Assembly: GCA_002402545.1 (NCBI GenBank)
Contig: DHGA01000011.1
Span: 1 to 55,785, forward strand
Source of the DNA: Syntrophaceae bacterium UBA4810
GTDB lineage: Bacteria > Desulfobacterota > Syntrophia > Syntrophales > Smithellaceae
Reading direction: 5' to 3'
Length of the DNA: 55,785 bases
The translations under genes and the position numbers were made by a program. Below are positions 1-8,317 of this stretch, in pieces (positions within the stretch are counted from its first letter, which is position 1; each line of letters starts with the position of its first letter). Below the pieces are notes generated by a model that was not told the origin of the DNA, did no database searches, and was given only the letters and a program-made list of their open reading frames with translations.

Positions 1-1312
1 CCATATTGCCGCTGAAGCTGAAATAACCAACCGCGCCGCCGTAGGGACCTCTCTTTACTTTTTCCAGTTCATCAATAATTTCCATAGCGCGGATTTTCGG
101 CGCGCCGGTTAAAGTACCCGCCGGAAATGTCGCGGCCAAAACATCAAAAGCATCTTTGCCTTGGGACAGTTGCGCGCGGACATTGGAAACCAGGTGCATG
201 ACATGAGAATATTTTTCCACCACCATATATTGATTCACCTGCACGCTTCCGGTTTGGGCCACGCGTCCCAGATCGTTTCTGCCCAGATCCACCAGCATGA
301 CGTGTTCCGCCCTTTCCTTCTCGTCGGAAAGCAATTCATCGGATAGAGCGCGATCTTCCTGCTCCGTTTTACCCCTTCTTCTGGTGCCGGCAATCGGCCT
401 GAGCTCCATCGTATCCCCTTCGAGCCTAACCATGACTTCCGGCGAAGACCCGATTAAAGTCAGGTTATTAAGCTTAAGATAAAATAAATAGGGAGAAGGA
501 TTGACGTAACGCAGCGCCCGGTAAAGATCGATTGGATGACAGTGGCAGTCTGTCTCGAATCTCTGGCTGAGAACAACCTGAATGATATCTCCCGCCGTAA
601 TATATTCCTTGGCTTTGCCGATAACACTTTTGTATTCCGCTGGCGTCATGTTGGAGGTAAAGGAAATTTCTTTATCTTCTGCGCCTGAGTTTATTTCGTG
701 CGGTGAGGGCAGCGACAGAGTTTCAATCATGGCATCGATTTTCCGGCATGACTCCTTATAGATTTCTTCGAGCGAACCGATACCTTCCGTATAGGCGCAG
801 GATACAATTTTTATGGTATGGCGGATGTTGTCAAAAATCATGATGGTATCGCTAATCACAAAAAACGCGTCATCAATCTGCAGATCATCCTGGGCGCTCT
901 GCGGCAGTTTTTCAAAATAGCGCACCATTTCATAACCGAGGAAACCCACCGCTCCGCCGAAAAAACGCGGCAGTCCAGGCACCGTCACCGATTTATAGCG
1001 GTTCATTAAGCCGCGCAGAACTTTCAGCGGCTGCCCATTATGTTCACGGGAAGTAATCTTTGTTCCCTCCTCAATAATAACTTCACGGGATCTGACCCGG
1101 AAGATAATTGCGGCATCGACGCCCAAAAAAGAATACCTGCCCCATTTCTCGCCGCCTTCCACACTTTCCAGCAGATATACGTATTTTTTATGCTGCAGTT
1201 TCATCAAAACAGAAACAGGCGTTTCCACGTCGGCCAAGATTTCCCGGCAGACAGCAATCAAGTTGCCCTTTTGGGCAAATTTTTCGAATTCAGCAAACGA
1301 TGGTTGGTACAT
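1..1312 (-). CDS. trpE: Anthranilate synthase component I (3' end runs off the window)
   Basis: Not in the ORF track. Manual minus-strand translation from ATG 1312 (AAGGAG RBS) gives MYQPSFAEFEKFAQKGNLIAVCREILADVETPVS, then GDIIQVVLSQRF, NPSPYLF, TFPAGTLTGAPKIRAMEII and GPYGGAVGYF. Confidence 0.95.
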   Translation of the reverse strand, partial: MYQPSFAEFEKFAQKGNLIAVCREILADVETPVSVLMKLQHKKYVYLLESVEGGEKWGRYSFLGVDAAIIFRVRSREVIIEEGTKITSREHNGQPLKVLRGLMNRYKSVTVPGLPRFFGGAVGFLGYEMVRYFEKLPQSAQDDLQIDDAFFVISDTIMIFDNIRHTIKIVSCAYTEGIGSLEEIYKESCRKIDAMIETLSLPSPHEINSGAEDKEISFTSNMTPAEYKSVIGKAKEYITAGDIIQVVLSQRFETDCHCHPIDLYRALRYVNPSPYLFYLKLNNLTLIGSSPEVMVRLEGDTMELRPIAGTRRRGKTEQEDRALSDELLSDEKERAEHVMLVDLGRNDLGRVAQTGSVQVNQYMVVEKYSHVMHLVSNVRAQLSQGKDAFDVLAATFPAGTLTGAPKIRAMEIIDELEKVKRGPYGGAVGYFSFSGNM

Positions 1313-1328
1313 TTCATTCTCCTTACAT

Positions 1329-1361
1329 AAAAAAAGGCCGTGATTTTTTATCACGGCCTTT
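1329..1361 (-). terminator. Second (downstream) terminator of the trpE leader
   Basis: Minus strand AAAGGCCGTGAT-AAAAA-ATCACGGCCTTTTTTT: perfect stem plus U7, just upstream of the trpE RBS. Confidence 0.85.
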
Positions 1362-1379
1362 ACTTATATTTGCACAAAT

Positions 1380-1418
1380 AAAAAAGCCGTGAAGACCCAA
1401 GAGGTTCTCCACGGCTTT
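1380..1418 (-). terminator. First (3:4) attenuator terminator of the trpE leader
   Basis: Minus strand AAAGCCGTGGAGAACCTC-TT-GGGTCTTCACGGCTTTTTT. The 5' arm can alternatively pair with GAGGATTTTCCGCCGCT at the end of the leader ORF. Confidence 0.85.
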
Positions 1419-1436
1419 GATTTTAATCAGACTTCA

Positions 1437-1514
1437 TCAGCGGCGGAAAATCCTCCCTGCGAGACTCCACCACCACCAGTTATTAAGCGATAATTTGACT
1501 TCTTTTTTATTCAT
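1437..1514 (-). CDS. trpL: trp leader peptide MNKKEVKLSLNNWWWWSLAGRIFRR
   Basis: 25-codon ORF with four tandem TGG codons (1467-1478) and an AGGGA RBS, upstream of alternative hairpins and trpE. Confidence 0.93.
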   Translation of the reverse strand: MNKKEVKLSLNNWWWWSLAGRIFRR

Positions 1515-1542
1515 AAAATTTTCCCTACGTTTATTGGGTGCT

Positions 1543-1571
1543 CATATAGCAACACTAAATAACCCTGTCAA
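1543..1571 (-). promoter_or_regulatory. Sigma70-type promoter of trpL-trpE
   Basis: TTGACA-N17-TATATG on the minus strand. Confidence 0.6.
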
Positions 1572-1602
1572 TACTTTTTTTACTGAATAATTTCCTGATC
1601 TG

Positions 1603-2445
1603 TTATCTTTTCTTCACGTCCCCAAGGCCAATAAGCGGCACTCCTCCCGTACCCACAACCTGCGGCAAAATACCATCCCATTTTTCAATGGCTTTGAGAT
1701 TTGCCTCAATTCTACGCAACTCTATAAGATCAGGTGAAATGTTTGCTCTTTGTAATCGCAGAGATTCCGCTTCCGCTCTTGCCGCCGTAACTTTTTGTTC
1801 CGCTTCTATTTTTACTCTTTCCAGATCTCTACGCGCTTTAAGGGCGAGCTGTTCCGCTGTTTGTTTCGCTTCAATCGCTTCCGCGAACACCTTGGAAAAA
1901 CTGAAAGCAACAATAGAAAAAGCGTCAACTGCTATATTGTACTCTTTGAGTCTTTCCATAAGAGAAATTCTCATCGCCTCGCTGACCTGAGGCCGCTTGG
2001 TGATGAGCGCTTCCGCGGTATATGTTGCGGATACCGCTTTTACCACTTCAAGGATCGCGGGGTCTATAATTCTTTCTTTATAGTAAGCGCCAATCGTTTG
2101 ATAAACAATATTGGCTTTATCGGGAACCAGATGATAATTAAGGGCAATAGACGATGTCACATCCTGCAGATCCGCTGATGCCGCGACGGTATCGGTCACT
2201 ACTTTCTGCACCTTGACGTCCATTAACACAACTTCCTGCATGATAGGAATCCGGAAATGAAGCCCTTCCCCTAATACATCCTCCTGGACGGCGCCAAAAT
2301 AAAGGACAACTCCTCTCTGCCCGGGGCCCACCTGAACCCACGGCTTTGCAAAAAGAAGGACTAATATCACTATGGCCGCAGCCAATATAGGAGTCGGCAC
2401 TTTCCTTACTCCATCTCTCATGTTTCTCATTGTTCTTTCATCCAT
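1603..2445 (-). CDS. SPFH/Band7 prohibitin-family membrane protein
   Basis: N-terminal TM, VGPGQRGVV..FG, EGLHFRIP, SADLQDV and an AIEAKQTAEQ coiled coil. TTGACA-N17-TATACT lies upstream. Confidence 0.9.
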   Translation of the reverse strand: MDERTMRNMRDGVRKVPTPILAAAIVILVLLFAKPWVQVGPGQRGVVLYFGAVQEDVLGEGLHFRIPIMQEVVLMDVKVQKVVTDTVAASADLQDVTSSIALNYHLVPDKANIVYQTIGAYYKERIIDPAILEVVKAVSATYTAEALITKRPQVSEAMRISLMERLKEYNIAVDAFSIVAFSFSKVFAEAIEAKQTAEQLALKARRDLERVKIEAEQKVTAARAEAESLRLQRANISPDLIELRRIEANLKAIEKWDGILPQVVGTGGVPLIGLGDVKKR

Positions 2446-2624
2446 TATTGAAACCTCTCTTTCTATTTCTATGGGTTATTATCTTCGTTGTTAGCAGTAT
2501 AGGCAATCGCTTATGCCGTGTCAAATGAAAACGAAATCTAATAATCATATAATTTCATAATCTTGCTTGACAGGTTGAAAGTTTTTTCTGTATAACGTTC
2601 ACAATAAAGCAAAAGGGAAATCGC

Positions 2625-4082
2625 ATGGATCTGGTCAATGCTGCGTTATCCGCCATAAAGAGCTTACGGATACAGGATGTTCTGGATATCGCGATTATTG
2701 CCATAATGCTCTTTGCTTTTTTTATCTGGTTTAAAAACAGAGCTTCGCGCTTTGTACTCATCGGCATCATTCTTCTTGGCGGAGTTTATATAGCCGCCCG
2801 TTTCATGCAGCTTTATCTTACCACTATCGTGCTTCAATCTTTTTTCGCCATCGTATTGTTTGTGCTGGTAGTAATTTTCCAGGAAGATTTACGCAACCTT
2901 TTTGAAAGATTGGCTCTCCTGGGCAATCTCAGGAAAAAGTCCCGTCCCCTTTCCGACCTGGAAAAAGCCTCCGAGATAATAACGCACACGGCGGCGGATC
3001 TTTCAAAAAAAGGCGTCGGCGCGTTAATTGTCCTGCAGGGCGAAGATCACCTGGAGAGACATCTGAACGGAGGAACAAAACTCGATGGATTGCTCAGCGA
3101 ACCTCTGCTGCAAAGCATTTTCGATCCTCACTCTGAAGGCCATGACGGAGCGGTTATTATCAAAGACAACCAAGTAAAAATGTTTAGCTGTCATTTGCCT
3201 TTGTCTGTGAACACATCGAGATACGGAAATATTGGCTTACGACATACGGCAGCGGTCGGGCTCGCGGAGCGTTCCGATACCCTTTGTGTTGTCGTTTCAG
3301 AAGAATCCAGATCAATATCGATTGCCTACCAGGGTATACTTATCAAAATGAATAACGCTTCCGAGCTGCATAGCGAACTGGATAAATTTTATGTGCGCAA
3401 TGTTCCATTAAAAAAACGGCATCCGGTGATCGCCTGGCTTAAAGAAAATTCCAAAGAAAAAATAATCGCTCTGGCTTTGGCCTGCATTTTATGGTTTGCC
3501 TTTGGCTATCAAAGAGAAATCGTGCGCCGTAATTTTATTATTCCGATTGAATATCGAAATGTTCCGACTGATTGGCGAATTGATGAACCACGCCTGACCG
3601 AAGCAAAGGTCATTCTTCAAGGCCCCCAACAGGCTTTTTATTTACTTGATGAACGCGCGCTAAAATTATCTCTGGATCTTTCTTCAGTATCCGCGATAAA
3701 ACAAGAAATTATACTTTCTAAGGATATGATCAGCGTACCCTCTAATTTATCGATTACGGAAATAAAACCGACCAAGGCCTATATTTACGCGACGCGGCTG
3801 ATAAGTGGTTCCTTTCCCGTAAAAATTGCGACCCAGAATTCCTTACCAAACAACCTTTCATTGCAAAGGATAAGCATATCGCCCCAAAAAATTAACCTCC
3901 TTTTTGATTCCCGCATGAATCATGAAAAAATCAAGATTGAAACAGAACCAATCGATTTACAGAATATAACTTCCAACACTACCATTGATACAAAAGTTGT
4001 ATTGCCCGAGGGCGTTTATTTTCCGGAAAGAAAGCCGCCGACCATACGTGTAATAATCAGCGTAAAAAACAAAAAGCTTTAG
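2625..4082 (+). CDS. dacA: Membrane diadenylate cyclase (CdaA/DacA type) fused to YbbR/CdaR-like domains
   Basis: Three N-terminal TM segments, VIFQEDLR, GALIV, HDGAVII and GLRHTAA, then KIIALALACILW plus YbbR-like beta domains. Confidence 0.85.
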   Translation: MDLVNAALSAIKSLRIQDVLDIAIIAIMLFAFFIWFKNRASRFVLIGIILLGGVYIAARFMQLYLTTIVLQSFFAIVLFVLVVIFQEDLRNLFERLALLGNLRKKSRPLSDLEKASEIITHTAADLSKKGVGALIVLQGEDHLERHLNGGTKLDGLLSEPLLQSIFDPHSEGHDGAVIIKDNQVKMFSCHLPLSVNTSRYGNIGLRHTAAVGLAERSDTLCVVVSEESRSISIAYQGILIKMNNASELHSELDKFYVRNVPLKKRHPVIAWLKENSKEKIIALALACILWFAFGYQREIVRRNFIIPIEYRNVPTDWRIDEPRLTEAKVILQGPQQAFYLLDERALKLSLDLSSVSAIKQEIILSKDMISVPSNLSITEIKPTKAYIYATRLISGSFPVKIATQNSLPNNLSLQRISISPQKINLLFDSRMNHEKIKIETEPIDLQNITSNTTIDTKVVLPEGVYFPERKPPTIRVIISVKNKKL

Positions 4083-4140
4083 AACACTGAATAAAATTAT
4101 TGTCAAATCAGTTACATAGCTAATTAAAACCCTTGCGCGA

Positions 4141-4159
4141 AATGCAAAACCATTGCATT
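4141..4159. promoter_or_regulatory. Palindromic operator candidate upstream of the ferritin-like gene
   Basis: AATGCAA-N5-TTGCATT, directly downstream of a TTGCGC -35-like hexamer. Confidence 0.35.
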
Positions 4160-4219
4160 AGTTGAAGAAATATGCTCAACTTTTAAAAGTTAAATCATCC
4201 AAATCAGGAGGAGTTAAGT

Positions 4220-4699
4220 ATGGGAGTTTTTACAGCAAGTGACATCGTGGAAGTAGCCATCAGGATTGAGGAAAACGGCATTAATTTTTATAAATTTGCC
4301 GAGCAGATAGCAAAGCAACAGGAAGCAAAAGAACTTTTTGCCCATCTGGCAAAAGAAGAGGCGAATCACAAAAAGATTTTTGAAGGTATCTTCGCAAAAA
4401 TAGAAAAATATAATCCTCCCGAAAGCTATGCGGGAGAATATAGCGCATATTTACGTTCTTACGTCGATAACAACATAATTTTCACTAAAGAAGCGATGGA
4501 TAAGGAACTATCCAGAGTAACTGACACGATTGCCGCATTTGACTTTGCCATCAGGCGCGAACTGGATTCAATTCTTTATTATCACGAAATTAAAAAATTA
4601 GTTCCCTCGGCGCAACACGACACTATCGAGCAAATTATAGAAGAAGAAAGAAAACACTACAAGATTCTTACCGAACTGAAGAAAAGAATCGAAAAGTAG
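4220..4699 (+). CDS. Ferritin-like / rubrerythrin-family diiron protein (no rubredoxin domain)
   Basis: AIRIEENG..FY, EEANH, AIRRE..SILYY and EERKH diiron motifs. AGGAGGAG RBS. Confidence 0.88.
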   Translation: MGVFTASDIVEVAIRIEENGINFYKFAEQIAKQQEAKELFAHLAKEEANHKKIFEGIFAKIEKYNPPESYAGEYSAYLRSYVDNNIIFTKEAMDKELSRVTDTIAAFDFAIRRELDSILYYHEIKKLVPSAQHDTIEQIIEEERKHYKILTELKKRIEK

Positions 4700-4724
4700 C
4701 TGTCAGGCAAGCCGCTTTAGGCTT

Positions 4725-6077
4725 TTAAGAATATTTCTTAAGTTTGTAGCGTAGCATGCGTTCAGACATACCAAGTATTTCCGCAGCTTTTGTTTGATTG
4801 TCGTCAGCCTTTTCCATGGCGTCGGCAATCAATTTTTTTTCTAAATCTTCGACAGATTCTTTTAGATGGCCAAAATGTTTTCTCCCGGAATCGATACCTG
4901 GCGCTGAAGATTGAAAAGGCAGGTCCTCGGTGGCAATATATTCATCTCTTGCAATTACTACTGCCCGCTCCAGGATATTTATCAGTTCGCGAATGTTGCC
5001 CGGGTAATTATATTTCAAGAGGAGATCGCGCGCTTCCGCGGTTATACCTTTGATTATTTTCTTATTTTCATTGGCGTATTGTTGAATGAAAAAGTCAATT
5101 AAGATAGGCAAATCTTCTTTTCTCTCTCTCAACGGCGGCAAAGACATGGTTACGACTTTTAACCGGTAAAACAAATCTTCTCTAAAAGCGCCCTCTTTTA
5201 TTTGTTTTTCCAAATCGCGGTTAGTCGCGCTTATCACCCGCACATCGACATTTATATTTTGATTGCTGCCGAGGCGTTGAAGTTCCCGCTCCTGCAAAAA
5301 CCGCAGCAGCTTAACCTGAACAGTAGGAGTCAGCTCGCCAATTTCATCAAGAAATAAAGTACCGCCGTCAGCTTCTTCAAAACGGCCGATGCGCCGTGAT
5401 GTGGCGCCGGTGAACGCCCCTTTTTCGTGGCCAAATAATTCACTCTCCAATAAATTTTCGTGCAGCGCGACACAATTAACAATTATGATCGGCTTGTTTG
5501 CCCGGGGGCTCAATTGGTGAATAAGCCTGGCTAAAAGTTCTTTACCCGTGCCGCTTTCTCCCTGAATCAAAACCGACGCCCGGCTGGCGGCCACACGGCC
5601 GGTCATATTAATAACTTCAGCCATTTGCGGACTTTTATAAATGATCTTATCGGCAGTAATGCCTTTTTTCCCCAGTTCCTCTCTCAAAAGCTCGTTTTCT
5701 TTAATCAGTTGTCTTCTTTCTGCCACACGGTTTACCAAAAGCAGCAGTTCATCTAGCTCCACCGGTTTGGTAATATAATCAATCGCGCCGACCTTTATTG
5801 CCTCAACGGCTGTTTCGATCGTGCCGTAAGCGGTAATAATCACAACATCTATTTCCGGGTTGATGCGTTTAATTTCTTTGAGAACTTCCAACCCGTCCAT
5901 GCCCGGCATTTTATAATCAAGAAGAACAAGGTCGAAATGATTACCCATCACAGTTTTAATAGCATTTTTGCCGTTCTCGGCTTCAGAAATGTTATGCCCT
6001 TCGGAAAGCAAAAAATCCCTCAGCATTTCCCTCTGGGATTGGCCATCTTCAACTATGAGGATGCTCAATTTTTGCAT
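4725..6077 (-). CDS. Sigma54-dependent response regulator (NtrC/ZraR family)
   Basis: REC domain (LLDYKMPG), Walker [31 protein letters not shown] and a Fis-type HTH. Confidence 0.95.
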   Translation of the reverse strand: MQKLSILIVEDGQSQREMLRDFLLSEGHNISEAENGKNAIKTVMGNHFDLVLLDYKMPGMDGLEVLKEIKRINPEIDVVIITAYGTIETAVEAIKVGAIDYITKPVELDELLLLVNRVAERRQLIKENELLREELGKKGITADKIIYKSPQMAEVINMTGRVAASRASVLIQGESGTGKELLARLIHQLSPRANKPIIIVNCVALHENLLESELFGHEKGAFTGATSRRIGRFEEADGGTLFLDEIGELTPTVQVKLLRFLQERELQRLGSNQNINVDVRVISATNRDLEKQIKEGAFREDLFYRLKVVTMSLPPLRERKEDLPILIDFFIQQYANENKKIIKGITAEARDLLLKYNYPGNIRELINILERAVVIARDEYIATEDLPFQSSAPGIDSGRKHFGHLKESVEDLEKKLIADAMEKADDNQTKAAEILGMSERMLRYKLKKYS

Positions 6078-6081
6078 AATT

Positions 6082-7881
6082 TTATCCTTTTTCTTTTAAC
6101 GGCCTGTCGTTTAATCTTTCTCGTGGCAAGACTACCTCAAAAGTTGTCCCCTCGCCTTTTCGGCTGATCACTCGTATTTCCCCTCCGTGTCCGCGGATGA
6201 TTTCGCTAGCCAACGGAATTCCCAGCCCAACCCCTTTTTCCTTAGTCGTGTATTCAGGGCTGAAAATCCTTTCTATTTCATCCACCGCCATGCCGCAACC
6301 GGTATCTGAAATTCTCACGATAATATAATTTTTCCCTTCCTTATCGACTGTGATGGAAACTTTCCCCTGGGCGGGTATTGATTCCATGGCATTTTTAATT
6401 AAGTTAAGAAATGCCTGCTGAATTTTATTAATATCAACCGGAATTACCGCGGGTGACTCGCGCCACTTAGTTTCGATAATCACTCCGCGATCCTGCGCCT
6501 CTTCCCGAATAAGGCTTACGATTTTCTGTAATATTTCCGTGATAGAAAAATCGCGCAGCTCCAGCCTGCGGCTTTTGGAAAAAGATAAAAATTCTTCAAT
6601 GATACCGTTTAATCGCTTTATTTCATCTTTGATAACACTAGACAAATTATTAAAGTTTTCTTCTTTGCTTGATTCAGCGGGAACAAAATCTTTTTTCAGT
6701 CTCTGCGTAGCGATACTGATCGCATTTAATGGATTACGGATTTCATGAGCCACGCCCGCCGCCAGCTGTCCCAGCGAAGAAAGCCGTTCCGCTTTTTCCA
6801 GGCGCCTTTCCATTTCAATAATACCAGACAAATGGCGGTTTTGGTCGTAATAAAGAAGCCACATCGAAAGAAGCGCGATAATTACAATAAAAACCATAAA
6901 CACAAAAATATTTTTCTTGTTTTCCGCAATAATCTTATCCATCGAGCCGCGATCAAGCCCCATCCGGACAATGCCGACAACTGTTTTGTCTAAAAACAGG
7001 GGCGCGGCCAGATCCAAAATTTTTTGTTCACCGTAATCGACTTCTCTGCTGGCAATCTTAATCTTGCCGGCAAGAATGTCTTTATAATTAAAATCGGTTT
7101 CTTTTAAAGCATGGCTTGGATTGCCAACACTGCTCAAAAGCTTTTTTTGATCGTTTATTATCTGAACATAGGTGATGCCGTGCCCCTCACCGATTTTTTC
7201 CATGCCTCTTTCAACGGCAACTTTAAGGCTCCAGTAAATCAACCCTTCTTTATCCAGATTTATTATAACCATGCCACTGTTGTCTTTGCGGCGAAGAACA
7301 ACAAATCCAATTCCATGCTTGGCCCGAATTTTCTCCAGTATTTCCAGCGTTGTCAAATAACGTCCGTCGATTCTAAGTTCTCTGGGTTCAAGTAAATTTG
7401 TTTGCAAGGGACCGCTCTGATGGACGACTTCACCATAGCGATCCAGCACGGCCAGGTACCAGAGATTATTTTCCGCGGCAAACTTTTTCAAATAATCATC
7501 GTTTACCTTGCCTTTTCTCCACTGGTCATCTATTTTTTTACCCAAATCAGTTACTGCTTCAATAACCCATCTTTTGGAGTAAGCCGCTTCTTCCCTGCTT
7601 GGCGACATCAACCGGGATGACTTTTTATCAGCCGCCGAAATTATGCTTTTTAAATTCTCTTCCGTTAATCGCTGCAAAACACTGATCGTGCTTAAAGCCT
7701 GGTCTTCCAAAAAGCCAACCAGATTAGCTTTGCTTCTTCTGATATCGAGTAAACCCATAATTAATATCAGGGTTACTAAAATAGCGCTCACAATGCCTAC
7801 TGCCAGCGGCTGAAGAACAGTGCCCCTTTTACCTCTTAGTTTGCTGTTGAGAATTAATTCCTTTTTTCTAAAAAAGCGCAT
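6082..7881 (-). CDS. Membrane sensor histidine kinase
   Basis: Two TM segments around a periplasmic domain, H-box AHEIRNPL, NLIKNA, DTGCG and GVGLG. Confidence 0.93.
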   Translation of the reverse strand: MRFFRKKELILNSKLRGKRGTVLQPLAVGIVSAILVTLILIMGLLDIRRSKANLVGFLEDQALSTISVLQRLTEENLKSIISAADKKSSRLMSPSREEAAYSKRWVIEAVTDLGKKIDDQWRKGKVNDDYLKKFAAENNLWYLAVLDRYGEVVHQSGPLQTNLLEPRELRIDGRYLTTLEILEKIRAKHGIGFVVLRRKDNSGMVIINLDKEGLIYWSLKVAVERGMEKIGEGHGITYVQIINDQKKLLSSVGNPSHALKETDFNYKDILAGKIKIASREVDYGEQKILDLAAPLFLDKTVVGIVRMGLDRGSMDKIIAENKKNIFVFMVFIVIIALLSMWLLYYDQNRHLSGIIEMERRLEKAERLSSLGQLAAGVAHEIRNPLNAISIATQRLKKDFVPAESSKEENFNNLSSVIKDEIKRLNGIIEEFLSFSKSRRLELRDFSITEILQKIVSLIREEAQDRGVIIETKWRESPAVIPVDINKIQQAFLNLIKNAMESIPAQGKVSITVDKEGKNYIIVRISDTGCGMAVDEIERIFSPEYTTKEKGVGLGIPLASEIIRGHGGEIRVISRKGEGTTFEVVLPRERLNDRPLKEKG

Positions 7882-7911
7882 TATTATCCTTTGTTATTAA
7901 TTTCGGCGGTA

Positions 7912-7939
7912 ATCTTAAGCTATTGATGAGAAAAGTCAA
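7912..7939 (-). promoter_or_regulatory. Sigma70-type promoter of the kinase-regulator operon
   Basis: TTGACT-N16-TAAGAT on the minus strand. Confidence 0.5.
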
Positions 7940-7957
7940 CTTTTAATCCTAAAAAAA

Positions 7958-8065
7958 TCGACATTTTTGTCGAAAACTTCGCCAATTATGTAAAAACTTC
8001 TTAAACATTTGTATTATTTATATATTTACCATAAGACTCTCTTTTCATCCGACAATTATTGCCGT
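7958..8065. promoter_or_regulatory. Candidate enhancer (UAS) sites for the adjacent sigma54 activator
   Basis: Perfect TCGACA-TTTT-TGTCGA (7958-7973), a degenerate copy TCGCCA-ATTA-TGTAAA 21 bp later (7979-7994), and CCGACA-ATTAT-TGCCGT (8049-8065). Confidence 0.6.
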
Positions 8066-8152
8066 AATTTAAGAGCCGCTTATCTCTCACAAGATTGGTA
8101 TTTAAAGCCTTTATATCAATAATTTCAGCCATTTAAAATATTTAAGCTGATG

Positions 8153-8169
8153 TTGGCACACTAAATGCT
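8153..8169 (+). promoter_or_regulatory. Sigma54 (-24/-12) promoter
   Basis: TTGGCAC-ACTAA-ATGCT, with GG at 8155-56 and GC at 8167-68 (exact GG-N10-GC). IHF-like TATCAA-N4-TTC at 8114-8126. Confidence 0.75.
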
Positions 8170-8179
8170 TGATTAAAAG

Positions 8180-8305
8180 TAAAATTGGTAACAATTGTCG
8201 ACTAAAATAACGGGCATAACTAGCCGGCAGCAGATTAACCTTGAAGGCATTAAGCCTTCTCTCTTCACTCCTAGGGAGGCTCCAACAGAGCCTCCCTTTC
8301 CTTTT
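8180..8305 (+). ncRNA. Candidate sigma54-dependent small regulatory RNA (~125 nt)
   Basis: Lies between the sigma54 promoter and a plus-strand terminator, with no ATG or RBS. A CU-rich stretch TCTCTTCACTCCT (8260-8272) sits between two hairpins. Confidence 0.65.
8273..8305 (+). terminator. Intrinsic terminator of the candidate sRNA
   Basis: AGGGAGGCTC-CAACA-GAGCCTCCCT followed by TTCCTTTT. The U-rich tail exists only on the plus strand. Confidence 0.75.
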
Positions 8306-8317
8306 GTGCCAAAACAA

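Noticed and set aside
161..1392. Plus-strand ORFs over trpE, and the many other short antisense ORFs in the track
   Set aside because: They are shadow frames of well-supported genes on the opposite strand or frame and carry no motifs.
8273..8297. Hairpin as simply the rarA terminator
   Set aside because: On the minus strand it is followed by AGGAGTGAAG, not a U tract. It may still protect the rarA 3' end, but its polarity is plus.
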